From Mobula hypostoma (Eukaryota), in the NCBI RefSeq assembly GCF_963921235.1, contig NC_086097.1, positions 82,276,001 through 82,340,000 of the forward strand: a stretch of DNA of 64,000 nucleotides, read 5' to 3'. The position numbers and the translations under genes are program-made. Below, piece by piece: positions 37,419-49,880 of this stretch; position 1 is the stretch's first letter, and each line of letters begins with the position of its first letter. The notes beneath the pieces are model-generated. The model worked only from the letters and a program-made list of their open reading frames with translations, did not search any database and was not told the DNA's origin.

Positions 37419-40400
37419 ACCTCTTAACCTACTCTAAGATCAATCGAAACCTTCGCTCCTACATAGTCCTGCAATTGCAGGATAGATATTAAAGAAACAT
37501 TTTTTCTAGAAAAACCTTTGTGCTTCTCCATGATCTTCAATTTAATAGTGGTTTGGATCTTGTAGTTTTAGTGATGCAGATCTTTGAAGATTCACCATAA
37601 ATATGAATTAAACTTTAAGCAAGAACTTGCACTGTTGAGCTCAGGTTTCTAAAATTCATCGATATCCCACTTCACCAGAAGAAACTCTGTTCTGTAGTGT
37701 TCTCTGGCATAATATGAAGAAATTAATGTGAACTTTAGATAATTCTGAACAATGATGTTTATAGTAAACAGTTGAAAAATGTAATCCTTTTCCATGAAGC
37801 ATTATTCATTGTTCTTTAATGTTGTGCTAATCCATTTAATTTCTCCAGGCAGCCAAAAAATCTCACTGTATATTTATTTGAAATTCTGCGCTTTCAAATT
37901 GTTCTTAAAAGTAATTTTTCATATCTTATATAATATTCAATTTCTACCCTACGCTCATATTAAGTTTTCTTTTAGGTTCGGGAATGGTTAAGAATGGTAA
38001 TTGTTAGTTCCTGGTTTAATTTGCAGAAAATTCTTCACTGCAATTAGACTCACTATTTGCAGGACCATAGTAAATGTGTGGAGCTGGTATGTGGCAGCAA
38101 ATAATGTAGGCAAGGGGACATCTACAATAGAGATGATGTTGGATCTTTTTGGCCAGTGGCAAGCTTTCTCACCAGCCCTTAAATGGTGACAAGTCTCAAA
38201 GTGTATGCCTTTCTTTGCATTATGGATTAGGACAGAACCCCCAAAGGATTGAACACAGTACATTCACATTCATCATTTAGGATTCATCTGCAGTATGTTT
38301 GCCAGGAAGATGCTGTACAAACTCAGACTGTGGCAAACTCAGATCCAGGGCTGACTCACCACCTATTCTGTCTGTGCTGTCATCTGTTTCATTGAGTCTT
38401 GACCCAACTGATGAATGATCTCATTCACAAATTCACCTTTCTCCCGAGATTTGTTACAGCAACTGGAATGACGCACGAGCCTGCTGACACTGTTAGAAGT
38501 TTATCATATGTCATCGCTAGGCAGAGATGATGAAGCTGAGACGAAGTCTTATGCTGAATAAATATTATGGCAGTGTTATTGGCACTGGCTTTACACCTTG
38601 GAATCTTATCCAAGTGGATTATATTTATGTATGAGACTCATAATGAGTGTTGGCAAATCATTTAGTTTTATAGATCATTACAAATTGCCTCAAGATGCCT
38701 TCACATAGTGCCTTACTCTACGTGCAATCATCATACACCTAGAGAACACTTCCATGCTGGCATGCAGTAGCTCCTCCGATGAAGAGATCATGTGTAATTT
38801 ATCCAGATCTGCAGACAGAAAGATAAAATACGTCTGGAGTACGAGAGGTGCCAAATGACTATAGATAGGTTAACTAATTGGGTAAATGTAATGAGGACAA
38901 ATATAAGATTATTCACTTTAGAAAGCAAGTACAGATACAATATTTTTAAAAGGTGAATTGCTATTAAAACATTGATATTCTGAGAGATTTGATCATCCTC
39001 GTAGATGAATAACCAAATGCTGGCACGTGCATGCATCAAGCAATTGGTGAGACAACAAGCATGGAGGTATTTATTGAAAGGGGATTTCAATTCAAGTACA
39101 GGGAGGTCCTAGATCTGAAGTACAGTGTGCAATGTAAGGGATGGAAGCAGTGCAACAAATATTGACCAGATTAATTTCTGGGCTGGCACAGTTATCAGAT
39201 GGGGAAATAGTCAGTAGACAAAAAACAGAAATACTGGAGAAACTCAGCCAGGTCATTTTTGTCTGTGGAAAAGAAACCAGTCAATGCCTTGAGTCAGTGA
39301 CCTTTCCATACTTGTGCTGCAACTGCCAGGCATCTTTGGACTTGCACATTAAGGTCTCTTTGTTTTTCTGTACCTAGAGCATATTGTTCATTATACATTT
39401 CCTACCCTCTTTCCTTGTAATTAGCAGAATTATAATCCATCTGCCATTGCTCTGCCCAATTCATTAACTGATCAGTATCACTTCGTGGCCTGGGATCAAC
39501 TTACTCTCTATCACCACCAACACCAATTTTCTTATTAGCTACAATCTTATTAATTGTAGCTCTGGTATATACATAAATTATTTGGATATGAATATTAATC
39601 AGTAGGGACAATTTTAAATACCTAACCAACCTCAATTTAATGGCCCAGAGGGATCATAGGCCCTCTGAATCAACAACCTTGCTCTCCTACTACCTTTGGC
39701 TCCACTTGTATCAGTCGGTATTGCTTGTTGGGGGTGTGGGAAAAGAGACCAGCGAGTTTACAAGATTTCCTTTAGTGTCTGTTCAAGCCAGATATAAGGA
39801 GGAGCATCTGTTGCTACCTGGCTTAGCTCCAGGCCTGGGTATGGGTGTTCTGTCTTACAGTTGTGCCTGTTCTGGGCTTGAGTCAGCTTCTCTTAACTCA
39901 ACAATGATGGGCAGGTTTAGTTGACTCAGTACCAGTTTCTTTTGCTGAATCTACTGTGCTTGACTTTGGAACATCTTGTACATTCCCAATGCATCATACA
40001 GTGGTTTTATCTTTTGCCTTTCACATACTGTTTGATACTTTTCAGTCCTGTCAGTCCTGTCAGTTCTGTCAAAGTCCAACTCAAGTAGATATCTCTGGCT
40101 TCAGCCTCTTCAGCACAGTCCTGAATCTGTTCTGAAAATGTGTCCGAGTGGCTGAATCAGCAATACACTACGTGCTCAGCTTGGTAGTACATTCTTTAAT
40201 ACATTTTCAGCTGGACTGTGCTGCTGAACCAAACAGGTAGACAAAATATCGAATCTGATATGTGGTCTTTGCTGAAACTATTAAGTCGAAGGTTTGCTGC
40301 TTGATTTGAGGGGTCAGTTGAACTGTGTTAAATCTGAAGTGGATTGAACAAAGAAAGGAGGACAAAACTGTATTAAAAAGCAGTGAAAAGGAGGAACCAA

Positions 40401-40897
40401 TTAGCATTATGTGATAAGTGATGAAAATGTACAGGATGTTCTAAGTGCAAATGATAAATATATAGACTCTCAGCAGAAGTACTTTCTGTGGTGCTCATGC
40501 AAACTCATCAAAAGTGCTGGTTAAAATACAGATAAGTTGATGGTTGTAGGTATGTAATTAACATAAATTACTTATAAAGTGGAGCAGGTGGAAATGCTTT
40601 GCCTATAGAATTTGGGAACATTTGGAGCTCCAATTGATTGAGTGAAAGATGGAAACGAGGGCAAAAGCCCTCCAGAAGAGCTACATCTCAAGGTTACAAG
40701 ACCATGGGCAAGAGTTTCAACACAGATACTGAGGCTGATTTGGAATCAAATAACCTTGTGTTGGTAGTATGGATATGGTGTATGATTGGAAACACTGCTC
40801 AAAGTTAAAAAGAATATCTGAAGAGCTGACGTTCAATTTAAATGGCAAAGGTATGGCACAAAGAGCAAGGCAGACGAAACAAATAAACATTCTGTTG

Positions 40898-41130
40898 CGA
40901 ACATGAGGAATTCTGCAGATGTTGGAAATTCAAGCAACACACATCAAAGTTGCTGGTGAACGCAGCAGGCCAGGAACCATCTCTAGGAAGAGGTACAGTC
41001 GACGTTTCAGGCCGAGACTCTTCGTTAGGACAGTCCTGACGAAGGGTCTCGGCCTGAAACGTCAACTGTACCTCTTCCTAGAGATGCTGCCTGGCCTGCT
41101 GCGTTCACCAGCAACTTTGATGTGTGTTGC
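40898..41130. mobile_element. Penelope-like terminal repeats in inverted (palindromic) arrangement
   Basis: 98-bp arms 40934-41031 and 41033-41130. 13-bp direct repeat AAACATTCTG(T/C)TG at 40885-40897 and 41131-41143. Confidence 0.82.
41031..41068 (+). ncRNA. Minimal hammerhead ribozyme motif
   Basis: CAGTC-CTGACGA-AGGGTCTCGGCCT-GAAAC-GTC-AACTG. The mirror copy on the minus strand has a mutated core (CTAACGA). Confidence 0.55.
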
Positions 41131-41630
41131 AAACATTCTGCTGGAAACTTTGATGGGGTGAAGGTACTTGACGCAATAACTGTATAGTGAATGGGGATTA
41201 CAACTTTCCAAACAGCACGTTGAATGTAAGTAGACACAATACTGCAAGGCGAAGGATTTCTGTAATCAGATTAATAATAGAAATAAAGTAGCAAAGGGAA
41301 GAAGTTGTTGCCACATGAAGTGTGATTGGATTAAAGGAATGTAACTAAGTCCACGAATTGTGAACGTTAGGGGGAGAGGATGTGTAGGAAGGTCAAAGGA
41401 AGTAGTGAAGCATAGAAACTTGCAAAATAAAGCTATTAATAGGTGAATCTAAGATTGCTTAAAATTCCCACTGTTCTAAGCAAAGAGTAAGAGTAGATTT
41501 CAAATATTCAAGACCAATGGAATAATGCAGAGTATGGAAGATAAACGCATTCCCCAAACTTACAGCGTCAGACTGAGAAAGCCTAAATGTAAAAATGCTG
41601 ATGAGATGAATCCCAGAATACCTCAAAATA

Positions 41631-43075
41631 CACTGGACAACAACGGTTTTGCTTCCTGAATACGTTTGGATGTACCTTAGAAACATAGAAAATAGGTGCA
41701 GGAGTAGGCCATTCGGCCCTTCGAGCCTGCACCGCCATTTATTATGATCATGGCTGATCATCCAACTCAGAACCCCGCCCCAGCCTTCCCTCCATACCCC
41801 CTGACCCCCGTAGCCACAAGGGCCATATCAAACTCCCTCTTAAATATAGCCAATGAACTGGCCTCAACTGTTTCCTGTGGCAGAGAATTCCACAGATTCA
41901 CCACTCTCTGTGTGAAGAAGTTTTTCCTAATCTCGGTCCTAAAAGGCTTCCCCTCTATCCTCAAACTGTGGCCCCTCGTTCTGGACTTCCCCAACATCGG
42001 GAACAATCTTCCTGCATCTAGCATGTCCAATCCCTTTAGGATTTTATACATTTCAATCAGATCCCCTGTCAATCTTCTAAATTCCAACGAGTACAAGCCC
42101 AGTTCATCCAGTCTTTCTTCATATGAAAGTCCTGCCATCCCAGGAATCAATCTGGTGAACCTTCTTTGTACTCCCTCTATGGCAAGGATGTCTTTCCTCA
42201 GATTAGGGGACCAAAACTGCACACAATACTCCAGGTGTGGTCTCACCAAGGCCTTGTACAACTGCAGTAGTGCCTCCCTGCTCCTGTACTCGAATCCTCT
42301 CGCTATAAATGCCAGCATACCATTCGCCTTTTTCGCCGCCTGCTGTACCTACATGCCCACTTTCAATGACTGGTGTATAATGACACCCAGGTCTCGTTGC
42401 ACCTCCCCTTTTTCTAATCGGCCACCATTCAGATAATAATCTGTTTTCCTATTTTTGCCACCAAAGTGGATAACTTCACATTTATCCACATTAAATTGCA
42501 TCTGCCATGAATTTGCCCACTCACAAGTCATCAAAGACAGGCAATTCGAAGAATTTCTAATGGTACCAGAGAAAATCACATGGAAGACATTCAAGGATGT
42601 TGTTGAAAATTTTCTTGGCAACTACAGAGCACCAAACTATGTGCAGCAGGTTGAGAACATGTTTCAAGCATACAAAACCATGAAGTGCAACATGCCTGTA
42701 AAGATTAATTTTCTGCATTCCCATTTAGACTTCTTTCCTGAAAGTCTTGACACTGTCAGTGACGAGGATGGGAAAACGGTATCAGGGCAATTGGAATCCA
42801 TCAATGCTGGCTGATTATTGTTGGAGCAAGAAGCCTCAGACACTGAGTACAAATGAAAATCATCAAAAATTATCTTGAGCTTAGTTAAACTACTGCAAAG
42901 GTTCAGCACTGTTCTGCAATTAAACACATTTTACTCAATAAAAGTTAATTTCTTGTTTTTCCAAATTACTATATGATACAAGTAGTCTAAAATTATATTA
43001 GTCTATCATAAGTAGTCCATCATAAACAAAAAAATTCTGAGGAAGCAACACTTTCAAAAAAATAAGTTGTCAGTG
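41631..43075 (+). mobile_element. Chapaev3-like (CMC superfamily) DNA transposon remnant, internally deleted and interrupted by CR1
   Basis: Termini ATA|CACTGGACAAC..TTGCTTCCT and AGGAAGCAA..GTTGTCAGTG|TTA. 42525-42775 encodes WKTFKDVVENFLGNYRAPNY..KINFLHSHLDFFPESLDTVSDEDG. Confidence 0.65.
41678..42524 (-). mobile_element. Young CR1 LINE 3' fragment
   Basis: ORF 41767-42318 is near-identical to the 3' ends of the 16051 and 34850 copies, with the same tail. Confidence 0.95.
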
Positions 43076-45219
43076 TTATTAGTTAGATAAGAGGTAAAAG
43101 CAATAAAAGATGCACGTGAATGGTGGAAATGAAATATGAAAAGATCTATATGAAGTTAAGCATGAATGAGAAAATGTTTTCAGAGCTTACCTTCTCCAGT
43201 TATTCACAGAGGAAGAACTGAGCAACATCTACCCAGAGTCTTCCCATGAAAATTAAGAGTCATCATGCCTGTTGAGAGTATATTCATGTAATCTCCACCC
43301 GTCTACTCATTGCCCATAGTCCTGTGAGCTGTTTCACTTTGTGTATTTAACAGGTCTCTGTAACTCAATTGAATTTGCTTCCATCGGCCTTTCTCATGCT
43401 GTTTATTCAGCAGTTTGTTCTTTCTACATTACTGAAATCTCATAACCCTAATCCCATTCTGTTTGGAACTCTATCCAAGGTTTTGACCTCTTCCCTGGAA
43501 TACGTGCCCACCGAACACAATGCATGAGCTGAGGGACAATGAGTTTTTTTTAATGGTCCCTTGCATTTCTGCTGAATTTCTCTTTTAATGAAGCTGAAGA
43601 CAACAGAAGTTATTCATTTGGCTTTTCAATGTGTCCTACTATCTTCAAAGAATTAAGCATGTGCAATGCCAAGCTTTTCATTCACCACTTTTAAAATTAG
43701 GCTACTTATTCATAATACTCCTTGTCATTCATCACAGGTAAACATATCAATCCCTGTTCATTTGTACCAAATAGGGTTTATCATGCATCCATCATTATTA
43801 GTCTATTTGCCTTGTCACTTCACTGACAAGGCCAAGAGACTAATACATCCTTAATTTCAGTGTCAGTTGCTGCAGTTTTTATATTTATAATCCAAATATT
43901 TGAGTCCAAATCCTGGTCATTAATATATCATAAGGAGCACTGTTGTATATTGCTCTCCAGTCAGAAAAACAACCATTTATCATTCTTTCTTGTTTTCTGT
44001 ACCCTTACCAATTTTGCATTCGTGCCCCTTTAATTGCATCAATTTTAATTTTGCCAACAAATCTTCAGAATGGAATATCTTTGAAAATTCACATAAACAG
44101 CAACTGCTCTAGTTAAGCTTCCCCACTTCTTGGTGAATTATCTCAACCAGGTAAATATAATTTAACACAAATCTCGGTTGGCTTTTTTATATTTGGCCCA
44201 TTGTCTGTGAAAGCTTCTTCATTGCTGATTTAAAGGATAATTTGCCTGTTTCATGATCACATATGCATTTTAAATCTGTAGCATATTTACTTTGGACAAA
44301 TTAAATGAAGCTAAAGTAAAAACAAACATAAATAGTCCTTCCCCAGGATAGCCATTAAAAAATGGAGAAAATTCGTTTGATGTAGTGTGAGGAAGTGTCA
44401 ATAGATTGAAAGTAGGTATCTGTGTTTTCCCTTTGAAACTGGGTAATAAAAAAGATAATTATTTCATTCTTGTTTTAAAAAAGATGAAATCAGCTGTTAG
44501 AATGAAAGTGAGGATCAGCATTTTAGGAATTAGTTGGTTTTGTGTAATCAAATTTAGAAGGCGAGGATTTTGACTGATCAAACCCTATTTGAAAAAGTTG
44601 CATGCGATAAACTGTATGACATGGTACATCTTAAATATATCAAGTTTGTTGATAAAGCTTCACAGGAAAGACTACTTGTTCAATGAGAATGACTGTTTCG
44701 ATAAGGTGGTGGTGCGACTTGGAATAAACAGCATTTGCACAGCAAGGGAAGTTGATTTCCTCAGAAAGACTCTATTTCAGAACCAGTTACAGAAACTCCT
44801 CAGAAATATTGGATGATTTCACCAGAAGAAATGCAGCAAATGAGGATAGTCACAATGAGATTTACGGGAAGATGTCTCCTGCTAGGCATTGCTGCCTGCT
44901 TCACCCCTTAAACATTCTCATTTATTATCGTAACGCAAGCATCAGACTTGATTGATGGGGAATTACTCAAATATCCCCATTCTGATTGAGAGTAGTATTG
45001 TCACTATAAATAGCAAACAAAATGACAGATGCAGTTGGAATAATTCTTGGAAATTGAGATACAGCAAAGAGCAGAAAACAATGATTCCTTCCGAGCTGGG
45101 AGATTACTTGATATTGGAAGCGCAAGAATTTCAAATTTGCATTCATGACCTATTGAAACTACATAGTTTGTTGGTTATATTTTACAGAAGGTATAAGAAG
45201 GATACAGTATACTGGCTTT

Positions 45220-45722
45220 GGAGGCAGTGCAGAGGAGGTTCACCAGGTTAATTCCAGGGATGAAGGGGTTAACCTATGAGGAGAGATTGAGTTGCCTGGG
45301 ACTAGTCTCTGGAATTCAGAAGAATGAGAGGGGATCTTATAGAAACATACAAAATTTTGAAAGGGATGGATAAGATAGAAGTAGGAAAGTTGTTTCCATT
45401 GGTAGGTGAGACTAGAACTAGGGGACATTGCCTCAAGATTCAGGGGAGGAGATTTAGGATGGAGATGAGGAGAAACTGTTTTTCCCAGAGAGTGGTGAAT
45501 CTGTGGAATTCTTTGCCCAGGGAAGCAGTTGAGGCTTCTTCACTACGTATATTTAAGATACAGTTAGATAGGTTTTTACATAGTAGGGGAATTAAAGGTT
45601 ATGGGGAAAAGGCAGGTAGATGGAGCTGAGTTTACAGATCAGCCATGATCTTATTGAATGGCGGGGCAGGCTTGATGGGCCGGATGGCCTACTCCTGCTC
45701 CTATTTCTTATGTTCTTATGTT
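45220..45722 (+). mobile_element. CR1 LINE 3' fragment (second subfamily)
   Basis: MRGDLIETYKILKG..RTRGHCLK..FSQRVVNLWNSLP and a (TTCTTATG)n tail. Confidence 0.9.
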
Positions 45723-46861
45723 CAAACCAATAGGAGTACAACACTTGGAGGAGGTATTTAAGAAATTGTAGATTGAAATAAATGAGTTAAGTTCCTCGGA
45801 AGAACAATAATATGCCATATTTATTGTGGAATAAAGTAGTGCACATATTGGAATGTAAATTAGGCCATTTGTGGGTTGTTCTTTTAAAGTTAGCTTTTAA
45901 GTAATTGAGGCTAAAGTCAGAAAAGTCCTGTGTTGTTGTTTTGTGGTCATGATATTGAAATGTTAAGTCAATGCTGAACTATTTTGCCAAAAAAAGATCA
46001 GAATGACCCAGGAGCTGAAACAAGACTTTCCTGTGTTGTGATCAGTCACACTTTCAATATTCCATATGCCTCTGATCACCATGGAAGGGCAAACAAGTTT
46101 GAGAGTGAGGCTGAGGACACCAAGAAAAACCAAAAAACTGATTTTGTATTTCATGAGTCTAAATTATGTTTTCAAACCTGGAAAAGAGACACACTGAGAA
46201 ATGGTTTTACTCAGTTACTTAAAATTGTTAAGGCCTTCAAAAAGAATAAAGTTTTGAACATTAAACCAAGACAGTGGAAATAAGAATGTAGTTTTGTAAT
46301 AATGTGCATTTAGGCCTCTTTTAGGACAATTCTAACAGATTGTGATATATTTAATCATAGAGGCAAAACCTGAAAATATTTAATAAAGAATCATTTGGAT
46401 GTTACACTTGATTAATTAATTGAAATTGTGATTAATATCCTTCATCCATAATAATCATCTAACAAAATGAGAGAGTTGCATGCAGTAGATATTTATAGAT
46501 GAGGTAAAACAAAGATCTCAAATTATCTATGTATTTTTACTGGCAATGGTATTCCAGTAGATTCCATACAGGTGGAATATGTTCCTGTCCTTTTCACAAC
46601 ATTGCTACTTATGTTACAACTGTATTGAAACTGTGAGTGATACATTGTTGAACAAGTGGAAATCCAGTAAAATGGGTAAGCTCATTAATTTCCTTTGGCA
46701 TTGTGTATATTGTTGTGTGCCACAATATTTTTGAAAGGTAGTAGTAGTTATTGAAGATAAAAAATATATAGGACACTTGGATATAAGTATGAATATGGTA
46801 ATTGTTGGATTCCAGTTTCGGAGTTATCCATGTGTTAAAAGAACACAGATCGATTTGTCCA

Positions 46862-46985
46862 CAGGACTCTGCAGATGCTGGAAATCCAGAGCAACACACA
46901 CAATGTTGGAGGTACTCAGCAGATCATGCGGCATTTATGCAGAGAAATAAACACTTGTCGTCTTGGGCCAAGATCCTTCGTCAGG
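46862..46985 (-). mobile_element. Degenerate Penelope-like terminal repeat
   Basis: TCTGCAGATGCTGGAAATCCAGAGCAACACAC..CCTTCGTCAGG. Further degenerate copies at ~27890-28050, 30430-30550 and 31400-31495. Confidence 0.6.
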
Positions 46986-47816
46986 CAATGCGCGTCAGCA
47001 TGTACAGTTCGTGCACGTATATGTGTATTAAATCCATTGAGCATACATTAATGGTACACCTTCTGGATTAAATATATTGAAATTATAGTTTTGTACCATA
47101 GATATCCAGAATGTAAGTATAATGTATCTATTAGGCAAACCTACAAGATCATATTGCTTTTCTGTACAGAATATACCATACAAAGTGTAGCTTCCAAGTA
47201 TATGTGTAGAAACATATTCTATTTATTAACAGTGCAAATTCTTATTCAAATATTCCAGATGTTATTCATAACTGATATGAAATATCCATAAAAAATCATC
47301 ATATTAGATACCATGGAAACTCTGGCTAGTCTTACTTTTTCAGCTGTAATACTGTCTAGTAGTGACAATCATTGAAGTATCATGAATAATATTTGAAGTT
47401 GGCATTGATGTCTGTGCAAACAAAGTGAAATCTGGCAATTTTCTAGAAATCAGATGAAGAGTTAGGACAAAATTTCTCTTGTATACATCCTTGGCCATAT
47501 GTGTTGGAAACTGCATTTGATCTTCAATATATCCTCAGGAAAAACTTGGAAGGCACATTCTGTTGAGTGACCAGAATGGGTTCTTGAGGTTAAAGGGTTA
47601 AATTGTGAGGATGGGTTATATCAGTGTTTCCCAACCTTTTTTAAAGCACCTTCATACTTGCCAACGCCCTTCTGAGGCACACTATTCTTCCCAGTACCCC
47701 CATAGTGTAAAAACACGTCTACCATATGCTAAGAGAAAAATTATTCTGCTTTAAATTTGTATTTGTCTTTAAACCTAGCTTACACAGTACCTGTGTGCTG
47801 TGCAGCAGCTTTGATA

Positions 47817-49880
47817 TCAATGTGATCCTTGAGCTTGATGGTTTTTAGCAAGAGTTGAAATATCTGGTTCAAGTTGTGACTGCAAAAACCTTAAGTGCCG
47901 ATGAGTAACAATGTCCAAGTGGTTTCTGTTTTTTGTGAGTATCTGGTTCACTGCACTGAAGCCTCTTTTGACAAGGTAGGAGGATGGAAATGCAATGAAG
48001 AGCAGTTTGTCTCTTCTCCAAAGACCAGGAAACTTCATATGACAGTGTAGCCACATACCACCAAAGCTGATATTTTTGAAAAGCAATTTTGCTTCTTCAT
48101 CCTTCTGAATTTCGATAATTTCTTCTTGCAAGCTCTCTTCCTGTTCTTCCACCTTGCAAAGAAATGGGTTAATCACCCAATCCAGAATTTCCAGATCATT
48201 CAAATCCTCGAATAGAGTCTGAAAATCTTTCCTCAGTGACTGTAGGTGTAAGCAGCACTCTTGCAAATCATTGTCTGCGAAAGAGAGTGCCATACTTTCC
48301 ATGCAGGGAAACTGTGAGAACATTCTTCTCCCAATGTGGACACTGCATTTTTTGCCTGCAGTTTCATATTTATAATGTTCATTTTGTCATACAGATTGGC
48401 TACATATGTCACATCTCCACGTAGAAGTTCAATCATTATTTCCCTAGCTCTTGTCGACTTTGAGCAAAAATACAACCACAGTGTCAAAAACATCAAAGAA
48501 ACATTTTAAGCAGCAGCCTTTTGACAGCCAATGTACTTCAGTGTGAAGAAGCAAGTGTTCAACCTCTTCATCATTATCTTGGCATAACTGGTGAAATATT
48601 CTGCTATTTAACAGATGAGTTTTAATTTTGTTGAAAGCAGATATCACAAGAATCAGCTTGAAAAAAATTCGCTGGCTAAGGTTTTTGGCTAAGAAATGTT
48701 GATGAATTACACAATGGATTGCAAACAGACTTTGAATTTCTTTCTTCATTAAATTAAAGGTATCCATGAGTCTTGCAAGACCATGGATCTGCGCCTGGAA
48801 AGTCTTCACTCTCCAGGGTGCAGGCCTGGACAAGGTTGTATGGAAGACTAGCAGTTGTCCATGCTGCAAGTCTCCCCTCTCCACGACACCAATGTTGTCC
48901 AAGGGAAGGGCATTAGGACCCATACAGCTTGGCACCAGTATCGTCACAGAGCAATGCATGATTAAGTGCCTTGTTCAAGGACACAACACATTGCCTCGGT
49001 TGGGGCTCGAACTCACGACCTTCAGGTTGCTAGTCCAATGCCTTAACCACTTGACCACATGGTATTTTTTCATAAATACTACTAAACTAGCGCAGTGACC
49101 TGTTGTATATGGTGCTTCATCTCTTGCACAAGAAATTGCGTTCCTAATTAGATACTTTTATCCTCAATTTACATTTCGAACTCATCATAGATTGATTCTC
49201 CATTGATATTTGTTTTTAAAATTTTACAAAAGAGCACCTCTTCATAAACTTTTCCATTTTTGATAAACCATACATATGCCATTAGCAATGCCTCGTTGTC
49301 TTGCCAAGTTGACTCATCCAGTTGTATCCCAAATTCTATTATTTGCAGCTCTCTGCATAGTTGATACTTAATGTCTTCACTCATTATGTCAATACAACGA
49401 GCTACTGAGCTATTACTCAGAGGAATTGATTTTAAACTACTGGTATCCATTTTGAGAACAGTGGTGAGCACTTCTGATACAGCAGACATTATGAATCTTT
49501 CTCCAATTGTATCAGGATTTCACACTCTGCTATCATTTTTGAAATGTTATAAGACCACTGTCAAGGTCATTTTTAGCTTGCTTGGCAAATGACTCCTGTG
49601 TGCAATGCTTTGAAAGGCTTCTTTCATCTTCTGAAACTGAGTAATACCATAAGAAGCCTTTTCAGAATGTCTTTTACGGAAGTGTAACCGCAGTCTTGAT
49701 GGTTTCATGGCTTCATTTGACATTACAATATTACAAATAAGACACATGAGATGTTGTTGATCTGAAGGGAACAGAATAAAACCATACTCCAGGTGCGATG
49801 TTGTCTGTAGGTTCTGTTTCTAAGCAGCATTAGAATTCAATACTTCATCGTCTTCAGACACAGAAACCACACCATCCATA
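47817..49880 (-). pseudogene. Disrupted Buster-type hAT transposase (ZBED5/SCAND3/FAM200-like family)
   Basis: BED finger CLICNIVMSNEAMKPSRLRLH, IPLSNSSV, IQLDEST, IHCVIH, HTEVHWLSKG, FPSSYLVKRGFS and terminal QAQGSH, with many stops and frameshifts. Confidence 0.88.
48764..49060 (-). mobile_element. tRNA-derived SINE inserted in the hAT transposase
   Basis: Minus-strand head TGGTCAAGTGGTTAAGGC (A box) and GAGTTCGAGCCC (B box). Possible GGTAT TSD at 48759-48763 / 49061-49065. Confidence 0.75.

Noticed and set aside
41744..42814. ORFs 41744-42436 and 42455-42814 (and similar ORFs at 16531, 16831, 36236, 36659) as novel proteins
   Set aside because: They are antisense frames of CR1 RT. The 42455 ORF is a chance fusion of antisense CR1 with the Chapaev-like fragment.
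48990..49060. tRNA gene
   Set aside because: A and B boxes are present, but they form the head of a ~300-bp SINE and no convincing cloverleaf is visible.
47817..49880. A domesticated ZBED/SCAND3/FAM200-type host gene
   Set aside because: Multiple stops and frameshifts, a SINE insertion and retained TIRs and TSD indicate a dead transposon.
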